Source: Polyangiaceae bacterium
Lineage (GTDB): Bacteria; Desulfobacterota; Binatia; UTPRO1
NCBI GenBank assembly: GCA_031400185.1
Contig: JANNPN010000460.1
Span: 1-60,646, forward strand
DNA length: 60,646 nt
Direction of reading: 5' to 3'
Shown here: piece after piece, positions 31,171 through 42,707 of the stretch
Position numbering within the stretch: the stretch's first letter is position 1
How the letters are laid out: each line of letters starts with the position of its first letter
Notes under the pieces: model-generated
Seen by the model: only the letters and a program-made list of their open reading frames with translations
What the model was told of the DNA's origin: nothing
Databases searched by the model: none
Translations under genes and position numbers: made by a program

Positions 31171-31920
31171 CTATGCGCTCAGCCGCTCGACCTCGTCCTG
31201 CGGGATGTCGGCGTTCGCCGACACCTTCTGCACGTCGTCGTGGTCCTCGAGTGCCTCGAGCAGCTTGAGCGTCTGCTCGGCGTCCGACCCGCGGACCGTG
31301 ATCGTGTTCTGCGCCACCATCGTCACTTCCGCCGAGCCGATCGCGATGCCGGCCTGCTCGAGCGCGCTCTTCACGTCCTCGAGCGCGTCGGGCGGCGAGG
31401 TGACCTCGAACGCCTCGCCAGCGTCCGCGATGTCGTCGGCGCCCGCCTCGAGCGCGACCTCGAACAGCTTGTCCTCGGCGCTCGCGGCCTTGTCGACGGT
31501 AATGATGCCCTTCTTCGAGAACATCCACCCGACGCAACCGTTTTCACCGAGGTTGCCGCCGTTCTTGCCGAAGAGATTGCGGATCTCGGCGACGGTGCGG
31601 TTCCGGTTGTCGGTGAGGATCTGGAGCATGATCGCGACGCCGGCGGGACCGTAGCCCTCGTACTGCACTTCCTCGTACGTCACGCCCTCGAGCTCGCCGG
31701 TGCCCTTCTTGATGGCGCGCTCGATGTTGTCGTTCGGCATGCTCTGCGAGCGCGCCGTCGTGACCGCCGTTCGCAGACGCGGGTTGGCGTTGATGTCGCC
31801 GCCGCCCATGCGCGCGGCGACCGTGATCTCCTTGATCAGCTTGGTGAAGATCTTGCCGCGCTTGGAGTCCTTGAGCGCCTTCTTGTGCTTGATCGTGCTC
31901 CACTTGGAGTGGCCGGACAT
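31171..31920 (-). CDS. yebC: YebC/PmpR family protein
   Basis: [34 protein letters not shown] and DDVQKVSAN. Confidence 0.97.
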   Translation of the reverse strand: MSGHSKWSTIKHKKALKDSKRGKIFTKLIKEITVAARMGGGDINANPRLRTAVTTARSQSMPNDNIERAIKKGTGELEGVTYEEVQYEGYGPAGVAIMLQILTDNRNRTVAEIRNLFGKNGGNLGENGCVGWMFSKKGIITVDKAASAEDKLFEVALEAGADDIADAGEAFEVTSPPDALEDVKSALEQAGIAIGSAEVTMVAQNTITVRGSDAEQTLKLLEALEDHDDVQKVSANADIPQDEVERLSA

Positions 31921-32085
31921 GACGTTCCCTTTCCCCGTCACGCGCCGCTCGGAACGGGCTCGTCCCTCGGTCGGCGGGTCCGATCGGATGTGGGATTTCT
32001 CGGCGTTGCGCCGATCGGACGGGTAGAGGCTCGTTACCACAGGGCCCGCGAACAAGTAAACGTCGGCGCGTCCGTGCGAATCTAC

Positions 32086-32114
32086 TTGTCGGCGGCCGAC
32101 CTCGTCGCTAGAGT
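32086..32114 (+). promoter_or_regulatory. Sigma70-type promoter of rlpA
   Basis: TTGTCG, 17-nt spacer, TAGAGT, 9 nt upstream of ATG 32124. Confidence 0.55.
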
Positions 32115-32123
32115 CCGCCGCGC

Positions 32124-32798
32124 ATGGGGTGGTGGTGGGGTGAGGTCGCGGGGCGGCGTGGCCGTCGGCATGCGTGGGCATTGTCGTTTGCGCTGGCGAC
32201 GGCAGTGCTCGCCGGGTGCGGCCGCACCGTCGTCGCGCCGACGCCGGGCCATCCGCAGAGCGGCGTCGCGTCGTGGTACGGACCGGGCTTCCACGGGCAA
32301 CCGACCAGTAGCGGCGCGATCTACGATCAGCACGCCCTCACGGCGGCGCACCCGAAGCTTCCGCTCGGCACGCGCGCGCGCGTCACCAACCTCGACAACG
32401 GCAAATCCGTCGAGGTCCTGATCAACGACCGCGGTCCGTTCGCAAAGGGTCGCGTCATCGACCTCTCGTACGCGGCCGCGCGCGAGGTCGGCATGGTCGG
32501 CCCCGGTACCGCGCGCGTGCGGATCGACGTGACGGCCCGGCCGGCCAACGGCGCGTCGCATGTCGCCTACTGCGTCCAGGTCGGCGCGTTCAGCGAGGAG
32601 GAGAAAGCACGATCGCTGCGCGCGCGCCTCGTCCCGCAATACGACGACGTCTACATCAGCCCCGTGCAGGCCCAGTCGGACCGCATGTACCGCGTGCGCG
32701 TCGGGCCGTACGCGGAGCGCGAGCGCGCCGAGAGTTACGCCCAGACGCTCGCCGAGCTCGGTCTTCCGGCGGTCGTCACCGAAGAGCCGCAGCGGTGA
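32124..32798 (+). CDS. rlpA: Septal ring lytic transglycosylase RlpA (DPBB plus SPOR), lipoprotein
   Basis: Lipobox LAGC; [12 protein letters not shown]...[11 protein letters not shown]...INDRGPF..GRVIDLS; SPOR motif VQVGAFS...YRVRVGP. Confidence 0.95.
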   Translation: MGWWWGEVAGRRGRRHAWALSFALATAVLAGCGRTVVAPTPGHPQSGVASWYGPGFHGQPTSSGAIYDQHALTAAHPKLPLGTRARVTNLDNGKSVEVLINDRGPFAKGRVIDLSYAAAREVGMVGPGTARVRIDVTARPANGASHVAYCVQVGAFSEEEKARSLRARLVPQYDDVYISPVQAQSDRMYRVRVGPYAERERAESYAQTLAELGLPAVVTEEPQR

Positions 32799-34252
32799 CC
32801 GTCGCGCCGTTAGGCGCGCCGCTGGCCCCGTTAGGCGCGCCGCTCGCCCGGTTGGGCGCGCCGCTCGCCCGGTTGGGCGCGCCGCTCGCCCCACGACGCG
32901 CGCCGCGGGTCTCGCGCGGCGCGCCGTGGCTCCTCGCCGCGGCGCTCTGCGTGAGCGCATGCAGCGGCTACCGCATCGTCCGCGACGGCGCCGTGCAGAC
33001 CGGCGCCGCCGAGAAGCTGACGCAGCGGCTCGTCGCCGTTCGTGGGCTCACGTTCAAGCAACCGGTGCCGCTCGTCGCGGTCGGCGCGACCGAGGCGCGC
33101 GGCATGCTCGAGCGAGAGATCCGGCACGAGTTCGAGCCCGGCCAGCTCGCGACGATCGGCCGCGTCTACCAGGCGCTCGGCCTGCTGCCCGCGGGCGGCG
33201 ACCTCGAGCGATCCTACCTGGATCTCCTGAGCACCCAGCTCGCGGGCTTCTACGATCCGACCGAGCGCCGGATGGTGCTCGTGAACGAGGCGCTGAAGAC
33301 GACCGGCACGTTCACGCGCGCCCTCGAAAGCGTCATCCGGCGCGACCTCGTGGGCGAGCTCGTGCTCGCCCACGAGCTCACGCACGCGCTCCAGGATCAG
33401 CACTTCGGCCTCGACACCGGACGCGCCGACGTCGGCGAGGACGACGCGCAGCTCGCGAAGCGCGCCGTCTACGAGGGCGACGCGACGCTCGCCGGCTACG
33501 CCACGGTCCTCGGGAAGCTGCGCGGCAGCGCCGCCGTGAGCCTCGCACGCAAGCTCGAGGTTCTCGAGGACCAGGTCGCGCGCGACTACCCCGAGATCCC
33601 GACCCTCATACGCGACAGCCTCGTCTTCCAGTACGTGGCGGGTACCAACTTCGTGTCGTGGGCGTACGAGCAGTCCGGCTGGGACGGCGTGAACGCGGTG
33701 CTGGCACGCCCGCCGCGCTCGACCGAGCAGATCCTGCACCCCGAGAAGTACTACGCGAAGCCCGAGAACCCGCTGCGCATCCAGCTCGGCGCGCTGGCAC
33801 CGTATCTCCGCAGCGAATGGCGGCTCGCCGAGGAGACGACGCTCGGGGAGCTCACGATCCGCATCCTCGCCGAGCGCTTCGTCGGGCGCGCGCGCGCGCT
33901 CGGGATCGCAGCCGGCTGGGACGGCGACCGGGTGTGGGCGGCGACCAACGGCGATGCGATCGCCCTCGTGTGGCTGACCGCGTGGGACACCGAGGAAGAC
34001 GCAACCGAGTTCTTCACGGCGTGGCGCGCGATCGTCGCGACCCGACACCGCGGACACGCAACGAACGCGGGCGACGTGTCGACGCTCGGCGGCGCGGAGC
34101 CCTACTACCTCGAGCGCCGCGGCGCCAAGGTACTCACGGTCGAGGGGCCGCTCGACGACGACCTTTCCGAGCTCGCGGACCGCATCTGGCGGCGCAGCAC
34201 GTTCGAGCCGAACGTGCCGTGGGTGCCGATCGACGTCGCTACGGCGGACTGA
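32795..34252 (+). CDS. Lipoprotein with HEXXH zincin-like motif (uncharacterised)
   Basis: GTG start overlaps the rlpA stop. Lipobox VSAC; LAGFYDP; LAHELTHALQDQHF; EGDAT; FQY..G..FV; PPRSTEQILHPEKY. Confidence 0.75.
   Translation: MTVAPLGAPLAPLGAPLARLGAPLARLGAPLAPRRAPRVSRGAPWLLAAALCVSACSGYRIVRDGAVQTGAAEKLTQRLVAVRGLTFKQPVPLVAVGATEARGMLEREIRHEFEPGQLATIGRVYQALGLLPAGGDLERSYLDLLSTQLAGFYDPTERRMVLVNEALKTTGTFTRALESVIRRDLVGELVLAHELTHALQDQHFGLDTGRADVGEDDAQLAKRAVYEGDATLAGYATVLGKLRGSAAVSLARKLEVLEDQVARDYPEIPTLIRDSLVFQYVAGTNFVSWAYEQSGWDGVNAVLARPPRSTEQILHPEKYYAKPENPLRIQLGALAPYLRSEWRLAEETTLGELTIRILAERFVGRARALGIAAGWDGDRVWAATNGDAIALVWLTAWDTEEDATEFFTAWRAIVATRHRGHATNAGDVSTLGGAEPYYLERRGAKVLTVEGPLDDDLSELADRIWRRSTFEPNVPWVPIDVATAD
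32807..32890 (+). repeat. 4 x 21-bp tandem repeat (VNTR) in the lipoprotein signal N-region
   Basis: ccgttaggcgcgccgctggcc / ccgttaggcgcgccgctcgcc / cggttgggcgcgccgctcgcc x2, encoding (P/R)LGAPLA. Confidence 0.92.
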
Positions 34253-34288
34253 CCCGTCGCGCCGCCGCTCGTCCTGCGACGCTCGACT

Positions 34289-36889
34289 TCATTGACCGAG
34301 GTCGATGCACGGCAGCGCCCCCGCTTCGAGGTGGTTGTTCACGGCGACCTTGGCATCGTCCATCGTGAAACGTCCGTCGCCATTCGCGTCGGAAAGGACG
34401 ACCTCGTGCGGCTCAGGGAACCCGGCCGTGCCCTGCACTTGGTTCCCGACGCGCGCGAGCTCGCGGGTGGTCACCGTCCCGTCCTGATCGAGGTCGCCGA
34501 AGAAATAGAAGCGCTGGTTCGTCTCGCCGGCCGCACGAATGCAGCCCGCCTTCCTGGCGGTCGAGCCGGCATTGGCCACGCCCGTCGCGTAGTCGACGTC
34601 GTCGAACACGCCGTTGCGGTTCGCATCGACCCGGATCATCTCGGCGGGCGTCGGCGTCGCACCATTCTGGAAGTCGCCGAGGCGCAGGCGCTCGCTGAAG
34701 CCGACGATGCCGTCGCCGGTCAAGTCGCCGGCGAGAATGAGCTGGCTCTCCGGCGCCGGAGCGACGGTGTACGCGCGCGCCATGGCGGCATGCTTCAGGA
34801 TCTTGTAGCCGCGGTCGAAATAGCTGACCTGCGGCCCCGGGTTCGCGCCGCAGCCGAGCGCGAGCGACGGAGCGACACCGTACGCCGTGCCGTCGATGAG
34901 GTCGCTGGACCAGCCGTCGGCCTGCCGCATCGCCATGCGCAGCAGGCGGAGGCGGGCATCGGTGTACGCCACGACGACCGGCGTTCCCGACGGGTCGACC
35001 GCGAGATCCAACTCCTCCCCGACCCTCGCCGTGGCGTCGATCGTCTCGCGCGTCCAGACGCCGAGGGGCGTCCGGCGCGCGTACTGAAGGTTCTTCTGGA
35101 TGGGATCGTAGTACGCGACGTGGAGCATGCTCGATCCGTCGACGGCGATCGCGCTCGCGTTGCCGCGCTTCGTCGACGGCCCGACGTCCTCGATGGTCCA
35201 GGTGCCCGACGAGGGCGACCGGATCCCGAGCTTCAAGCGGCGCGTCGTCGCGTCGCCGTAAGTGACGTACACGTTGCCGCTCAGCGAGATGGCGATCGCC
35301 GTCCGAAACCCGGTCTGATTCGCCGCGTCGATCGTTGCGACCTGCCAGGCGCCGCCTGGGCTGCGCCAGGCGTGGCGCAAGTCGCGCAGGCCATAATCCT
35401 GGTAGGCGATGTGCACCGTGCCGTCCCCGGCGACCGCGATCGACGTATGCGGTCCGACCGCGCCCGCGCTATCGATCGTCTCGACCGTCCAGGAGCCGCC
35501 GAGGGCGCGCGACGCGTACCGCAGGTCGCGATAGCTGTCCTTGGCGTAGTAGGCGGCGTGCAGCGTCCCGCTGGCGTCGGCAGCGAGCGAGACATGGTCG
35601 CCCGGCCGCCCGGCGGTGGCGTCGACGACGGCAGGCGTCCATGGATCCTCCGCGACTTGCGCGGCGTGCCGGAGCGTCCGGCCCGCCACGTCGACGTAGG
35701 CGACGTGCAGGTTGCAGCTCGGGTCGACCGCGATCGCGTTGAAGCTGCCCGTCCGGGGCGACCCGTCGGCGGTTTCGACCGTCCACGCGCTCGCCGGCGT
35801 CGGGTCCCAACCGCGGTCGACGGTGATCGTCACGCCGTCCGGCGTCATGGCGCTGACGGACACCTTCACCTCGTGGAAGGGGTCGACGAAAGCGGGCGTG
35901 TCGGGCCGGAGGAGCGGGCGGAGCAGCATGGTGTCGACGTCGACCGTCGGCGAGGAGTTCCGCAGCCGCACGAGCACGCCCTCCGGCGGCGTCGGATTGA
36001 AGGGCGCCGGGAGCGCGTCGAAGCCGATCGGCTGGCGATACTCGAAGAAGTAGAAGCGGGTGGCGTCGAGGGGAACGTACAGCGCCTGGTAGCCGGTCGA
36101 CGGCAGCTCAAAGGGCTTCAGGGTGAACGTGCCGTCCGTGTACGCGGTGGCGATGCGCGCCGGGTCGAGGAAGCCGAACAGCCGCTTGTGGTAGGCCGAG
36201 TAGTGGTGCGCGCCGCTGCCCATGGTGTCGAAGGTGTCCCCGTAGCGCACCGGCGGGCAATCGACGTCGACGCGGTCGAGATCCGGCATGCCGTTGTCGC
36301 AGCCGATGAGACCCGCGTGCATCGCGCCCATCGTGTGGCCGAGCTCGTGTCCCATCGTGTCGATCGAGAACCCCGTGGTGGCGCCGATCAACACGCTGTC
36401 ACCCAGAGCGTATCCGACGGGACCGAATCCATTGACCACGAAGAACAAGCGATCGAAGCCGCCGGCGAACCCGGCCGTTGCGGCCGCGCCGATCGCGTCG
36501 ACCACCAGCTGCCCGAGGTTGCATTCGTACCCGAGCCCCTCGGGTGTGGTCGCCGCACAGTAGAAGGCCACGTCGTGCGGGAGCGTCACCCAGCCGTACG
36601 TCGAGCCCGCGACCGTGTTCCGACCGTACGAGGTTTCCTCGATGTACTCGCGGAGCGTATCCCCGGCGCCGAAGGCGAGCGCGGACGCCGCGGCCGGGCT
36701 GAACGGCTCGCTCGGAAAGCTCGGAAACTTGGCGAGGATCATGCCGATCCGGATCGTACCGGGCGACACGACGCGGGCTCCACGCACGATGGGCGTGCCG
36801 AGCTCCACGAGATCGGTCTCGTCGGCGCGCGCAACGTCCTGCAAGGCGACGGACATGAGCACGAGGGCAAGGACGGCAAGGGCTCGCAT
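34289..36889 (-). CDS. Secreted metzincin metalloprotease (M6/M11-like) with beta-propeller repeats and dockerin/EF-hand-like C-terminal repeats
   Basis: Signal peptide MRALAVLALVLMSVA after a GGAGG SD; HELGHTMGAMH (HExxHxxGxxH); Met-turn DTMG; repeated W..ETID..G..G...SIAV....HIAY units; GDLTGDG, DANRNG, GDLDQDG and DANGDG loops. Confidence 0.82.
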   Translation of the reverse strand: MRALAVLALVLMSVALQDVARADETDLVELGTPIVRGARVVSPGTIRIGMILAKFPSFPSEPFSPAAASALAFGAGDTLREYIEETSYGRNTVAGSTYGWVTLPHDVAFYCAATTPEGLGYECNLGQLVVDAIGAAATAGFAGGFDRLFFVVNGFGPVGYALGDSVLIGATTGFSIDTMGHELGHTMGAMHAGLIGCDNGMPDLDRVDVDCPPVRYGDTFDTMGSGAHHYSAYHKRLFGFLDPARIATAYTDGTFTLKPFELPSTGYQALYVPLDATRFYFFEYRQPIGFDALPAPFNPTPPEGVLVRLRNSSPTVDVDTMLLRPLLRPDTPAFVDPFHEVKVSVSAMTPDGVTITVDRGWDPTPASAWTVETADGSPRTGSFNAIAVDPSCNLHVAYVDVAGRTLRHAAQVAEDPWTPAVVDATAGRPGDHVSLAADASGTLHAAYYAKDSYRDLRYASRALGGSWTVETIDSAGAVGPHTSIAVAGDGTVHIAYQDYGLRDLRHAWRSPGGAWQVATIDAANQTGFRTAIAISLSGNVYVTYGDATTRRLKLGIRSPSSGTWTIEDVGPSTKRGNASAIAVDGSSMLHVAYYDPIQKNLQYARRTPLGVWTRETIDATARVGEELDLAVDPSGTPVVVAYTDARLRLLRMAMRQADGWSSDLIDGTAYGVAPSLALGCGANPGPQVSYFDRGYKILKHAAMARAYTVAPAPESQLILAGDLTGDGIVGFSERLRLGDFQNGATPTPAEMIRVDANRNGVFDDVDYATGVANAGSTARKAGCIRAAGETNQRFYFFGDLDQDGTVTTRELARVGNQVQGTAGFPEPHEVVLSDANGDGRFTMDDAKVAVNNHLEAGALPCIDLGQ

Positions 36890-37032
36890 CGGTCCTCCAC
36901 AAAGTCTGGCTGCTCGTGAGACGCGGAGCGAGCTATAGGCCGAGTCGCGTCGCGGCGGCAATCTTTCTCGAGCGATCGCGAGTCCGTGGTGCAGATTTCC
37001 ATTCGCTCCGAAATAGCGGAGCCGGTGCGACG

Positions 37033-37386
37033 TCAGCCGCGACGCGGAGAGCGTCGAGGACGTTGCGGGGGACTGGTCTCGCCGAGGAGCCACGCGAGGT
37101 ACGGGCGCGCACCCGCTTCGATCGGCAGCACGATCGCCTCGGGAACGTCGTAGCTATGCAACTCGGCGACTCGGGCGATCAGCCGCTGCACGAGCGCGCG
37201 GCGCGTCTTGATCACGAGCAGCACCTCGGCGGCGCGCTCCACCGCGCCCCGCCAGCGATAGATCGACGTGAGTGGCGCCACGAGATTCACGCAGGCCGCG
37301 AGCCGCTCGCCGACGAGCGCCGTCGCGATGCGCTCGGCCTCCTCCTGCGAGCCCGCCGTCGAGAGCACGACGACCGCGCGCGTCAC
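37033..37386 (-). CDS. cutA: Divalent-cation tolerance protein CutA
   Basis: LVGERLAACVNLV...SIYRWRG...E...VIKT...LHSYDVPEAI. Confidence 0.95.
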   Translation of the reverse strand: MTRAVVVLSTAGSQEEAERIATALVGERLAACVNLVAPLTSIYRWRGAVERAAEVLLVIKTRRALVQRLIARVAELHSYDVPEAIVLPIEAGARPYLAWLLGETSPPQRPRRSPRRG

Positions 37387-38495
37387 GACGGCGCGTCGCC
37401 CGGCCGTCCGCCGCTCGCGAGCCACGCGTCGACGAGCCGCGGGTAATCGATCGCGACCGACGGGCGCGCGGTCGCCCCGGACTTCGGCGCCGGCCGGCGG
37501 CGGCGCAGACGCCGCCACAGGCGCTGCGTCCAGCTGCCATACGCGATGGTCGACGGCAGGACGCCGGCCTCCTCGAGATCGCGCCGGAGCGCCGGATCGT
37601 CGCGCTGGAGGTGGCCGCGCCGCAAGAGATCGTCGAGCGAGTTCCGGAGCTGCCCGCGAGTGTACGTCGCGCGGTCGATCAGCGAGTGGCCGACCGCCAC
37701 GACCGCCGCAAGGGGCACCATGCCCTCCTCGTGCAGCACGAGTGCCGTTTGGAAGTAGTTGAACGTCGGTACGAGACGCGCGCCGAAGCTCCGGAACCGG
37801 CCAGGGGGCGTCCGCCGCTGGAGGTTGATGAAGATGTGGCGCACGACGTCCGCGGTCGGTACCCGCCGGGCGAGCGAGCGGATCTCGACGAGCCGTGCCG
37901 GGTCGATGCGGAGTCGGACGAGGATGTCGCCGAGCGCCTGATGATCCAGCCGGCCGCCGACCACGTCCGCGTAGAGCGAGTAGCAGAGCGAGTCCGACTC
38001 CCAGTCGTCGCCGAAGAGGTACTCGATCGCGTCCGCGGGCGCGGCGAGCCGCGCCTTCAAGAGCTCGGCGAGCTTGAAGCCGATCTGCTCGCGCAGGAAC
38101 CGGAAGCGCCCGCGCACGAGGTGCTGCAGCTGGTCCTTGAAGACGATGCCGTCGATCTCGACCCCGTCGAGCGCGAGCTTCTCGCGGATCGCGCGGCCGA
38201 TCTGCGGCGGGCTCGCCGACACGAAATACACGAGCACGCGTCGGCCCTCGGCGCGGGCGCCCGCGCGGAGCGCACGCATCAACGCGACGACGCCGGGCTC
38301 GTCGATTTTGTCCTCGGCGCGCTCGAAGGGCACGCGCATCATCTTCGTGAGGCTCTCGAAGTCGGACTTCAGATACGTCTTGTCGAGGTCCCAACGGTAG
38401 ACGACCGGCGGCAGCGCGACGGCGGCGCGGCGCCGCGGCGTGCGGGCGCGCAGCACGTCGGTCCATTTCGTGCGGGACGCTTGCGGCTTGCTCAT
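37383..38495 (-). CDS. HAD-like phosphatase, App1/DUF2183 phosphatidate-phosphatase-like
   Basis: ATG 38495 overlaps the plsX stop. Motif I WDLDKTY (DxDxT), motif II YFVSASP, Lys in GFK, and motif IV FGDDWESD. Confidence 0.72.
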   Translation of the reverse strand: MSKPQASRTKWTDVLRARTPRRRAAVALPPVVYRWDLDKTYLKSDFESLTKMMRVPFERAEDKIDEPGVVALMRALRAGARAEGRRVLVYFVSASPPQIGRAIREKLALDGVEIDGIVFKDQLQHLVRGRFRFLREQIGFKLAELLKARLAAPADAIEYLFGDDWESDSLCYSLYADVVGGRLDHQALGDILVRLRIDPARLVEIRSLARRVPTADVVRHIFINLQRRTPPGRFRSFGARLVPTFNYFQTALVLHEEGMVPLAAVVAVGHSLIDRATYTRGQLRNSLDDLLRRGHLQRDDPALRRDLEEAGVLPSTIAYGSWTQRLWRRLRRRRPAPKSGATARPSVAIDYPRLVDAWLASGGRPGDAPS

Positions 38496-39511
38496 CAGCG
38501 GACCGCCTGGATGGCCGTCACGATCTCGGTCGCCACGCCGTCGCGCACGGTCTTCGCCGCGAGCTTCACCGCGTTCGCGATCGCGTGCGCGCCCGAGTGC
38601 TCGTGCGCCTTCACGAGCAGCTGCTCGAAGCCGAGAAGCGGCGCGCCGCCGTACTTCGTGTACTCGGTGAGGTGCGCGACCTCGCGGAGCCCGCGCGAGA
38701 GGAGGCGCATCCCGAGCCGCCACAGCAGCCGCTGCTTCACCGCATTGCTCGCGACGTCGTTCACGACGTCGGTGATGCCCTCGATGAGCTTGAGCACGAC
38801 GCTCCCGAGCAATCCCTCGCAGACGATCACGTCGGCGACGCCTTTCGCGACGTCGTTGCCTTCGACGTTGCCGACGAAGTTCACCGAGGGCAGCGCCACG
38901 AGGCGCTGGTGCGCCTCGGCGAGCACGTCGCCGCCCTTGAAAGGCTCGGCACCCATGTTGAGGAGGGCAACCCGCGGCCGCGCGACCTTCGACACGCGCT
39001 CGGCATAGACGCTTCCCATGACCGCGAACTGCACGAGGTCGGCGGCGTCGCAGCGGACGGTCGCGCCCACGTCGAGGAGCAGCGCCAGCTGATCCTGACC
39101 CGGGTGGTCGGTGTGCCGCGGGTAGACGCTCGCGAGGGCGGGCTTCCGGACGCCCTTGATGGTGCGGAACTCGCGCGCGCACGCCAGCAGGCACGCACCG
39201 GTGTTCCCGGCGCTCACGAGCGCGTCGGCGTGTCCCTCGGCCACGAGCTTCGCGCCGACCCGGATCGAGGCGTCGCGCTTCGCCCGCAGGGCCTCGCGCG
39301 GCGACTCCTGCATCCCGACGGTGTCGGCGGCGTGGTGGATCCGGATGTGGGCCGGATCATAGGAAACGGTATCCAAGACCGCTTGAATCCTCGGCTCGTC
39401 CCCCACGAGGACGCATTCGAGCGCGGTCGCGAGCGACGCGTCGGCCACCCCCTTCACCACTTCCTCGGGGGCGAGATCTCCCCCCATCGCATCCACCGCA
39501 ATGACCGGCAT
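38495..39511 (-). CDS. plsX: Phosphate acyltransferase PlsX (divergent)
   Basis: IAVDAMGGDLAP, VSAGNTGA, LLDVGA, LLNMGAE..KG, GNVEG and YGGAPLLG. Confidence 0.93.
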   Translation of the reverse strand: MPVIAVDAMGGDLAPEEVVKGVADASLATALECVLVGDEPRIQAVLDTVSYDPAHIRIHHAADTVGMQESPREALRAKRDASIRVGAKLVAEGHADALVSAGNTGACLLACAREFRTIKGVRKPALASVYPRHTDHPGQDQLALLLDVGATVRCDAADLVQFAVMGSVYAERVSKVARPRVALLNMGAEPFKGGDVLAEAHQRLVALPSVNFVGNVEGNDVAKGVADVIVCEGLLGSVVLKLIEGITDVVNDVASNAVKQRLLWRLGMRLLSRGLREVAHLTEYTKYGGAPLLGFEQLLVKAHEHSGAHAIANAVKLAAKTVRDGVATEIVTAIQAVR

Positions 39512-39522
39512 CGAGGCGGCGG

Positions 39523-39575
39523 ATTATAGACATGCGGCCGTCTGAGTTGACAGCCGCCGGCCCGTCGCGTATCGG
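39523..39575. promoter_or_regulatory. Back-to-back promoters for plsX and rplU
   Basis: Minus strand has a perfect TATAAT (39528-39523) 11 nt before the plsX ATG. Plus strand has TTGACA (39547-39552), 17-nt spacer, TATCGG (39570-39575), 11 nt before the rplU ATG. Confidence 0.6.
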
Positions 39576-39586
39576 TCCCGGTTCTC

Positions 39587-39913
39587 ATGGACTACGCGGT
39601 CATCCGCTCCGGCGGCAAGCAGTATCGGGTGAGCCCGGGCGACACCGTGCGCCTCGAGAAGCTCGCGGGCGAGCCCGGCTCGACTCTCGCGTTCGAAGAA
39701 GTGCTGCTCGCGTCGGGTGACGGCGGGATCCAGGTCGGAAAGCCGCTGGTTGCAGGCATGCGCGTGGTCGGCGAGATCGTCCGTCACGAACGCGCCAAGA
39801 AGATCCTCGTCTTCAAGAAGAAACGCCGCAAGAACTATCGTCGCAAGCAGGGACACCGGCAGAACCTCACCGTCGTCCGGGTCACTGGTTTCGAGGGCGG
39901 CACGGGAGCCTAG
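39587..39913 (+). CDS. rplU: 50S ribosomal protein L21
   Basis: YAVIRSGGKQYRV...FKKKRRKNYRRKQGHRQNLT. Confidence 0.98.
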   Translation: MDYAVIRSGGKQYRVSPGDTVRLEKLAGEPGSTLAFEEVLLASGDGGIQVGKPLVAGMRVVGEIVRHERAKKILVFKKKRRKNYRRKQGHRQNLTVVRVTGFEGGTGA

Positions 39914-39919
39914 GGACCG

Positions 39920-40177
39920 ATGGCCCACAAAAAAGGTCAGGGCAGCAGCCGGAACGGCCGCGACAGCGGCGGACAGCGCCGCGGCGTGAAGGTCTACGGG
40001 GGCGAGACCGCGAAGGCCGGCCACATCATCGTCCGGCAGGTCGGCACCAAGATTCATCCGGGGATCAACGTCGGGCTTGGCCGCGACTTCACCCTCTTCT
40101 CCAAGATCGACGGCATCGTGAAGTACGAGCGGCTTGGCAAGGATCGCCGCCGCGTCTCCGTGTATCCCCCCGCCTAG
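39920..40177 (+). CDS. rpmA: 50S ribosomal protein L27
   Basis: [24 protein letters not shown]. Confidence 0.98.
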   Translation: MAHKKGQGSSRNGRDSGGQRRGVKVYGGETAKAGHIIVRQVGTKIHPGINVGLGRDFTLFSKIDGIVKYERLGKDRRRVSVYPPA

Positions 40178-40302
40178 GCGGGCGAACGATACGCGGCCAT
40201 CTGCTTCGGTGCTCGGGTGGGCGCTTGTGCGGCGTAGCTCCGCTACGCCTCCGCGCACCCACCCTGCGCGCCTCGCATCTGACCACTTCTCCTTCGCCCG
40301 CC
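40177..40302. repeat. Palindromic REP/MITE-like intergenic element (about 126 bp)
   Basis: 10-bp terminal inverted repeats GGCGGGCGAA (40177-40186) / TTCGCCCGCC (40293-40302). Nested inside are GGGTGGG/CCCACCC and a GGCGTAGC-TCC-GCTACGCC hairpin (40231-40249). CATCTG occurs twice. Confidence 0.6.
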
Positions 40303-40374
40303 CGCCTTCCCCGTCCAACTGACAGAAACGGCTCGCTTCGCTTTGCGCTTGATCACATTTCGTTTGGTTGTTGA

Positions 40375-42703
<2,329 letters not shown>

Positions 42704-42707
<4 letters not shown>

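Noticed and set aside
31978-32020. 10-bp inverted repeat GTCCGATCGG/CCGATCGGAC in the yebC leader
   Set aside because: It has a 23-nt loop, no U tract and no recognisable riboswitch motif, and such stems are expected by chance at this GC content.
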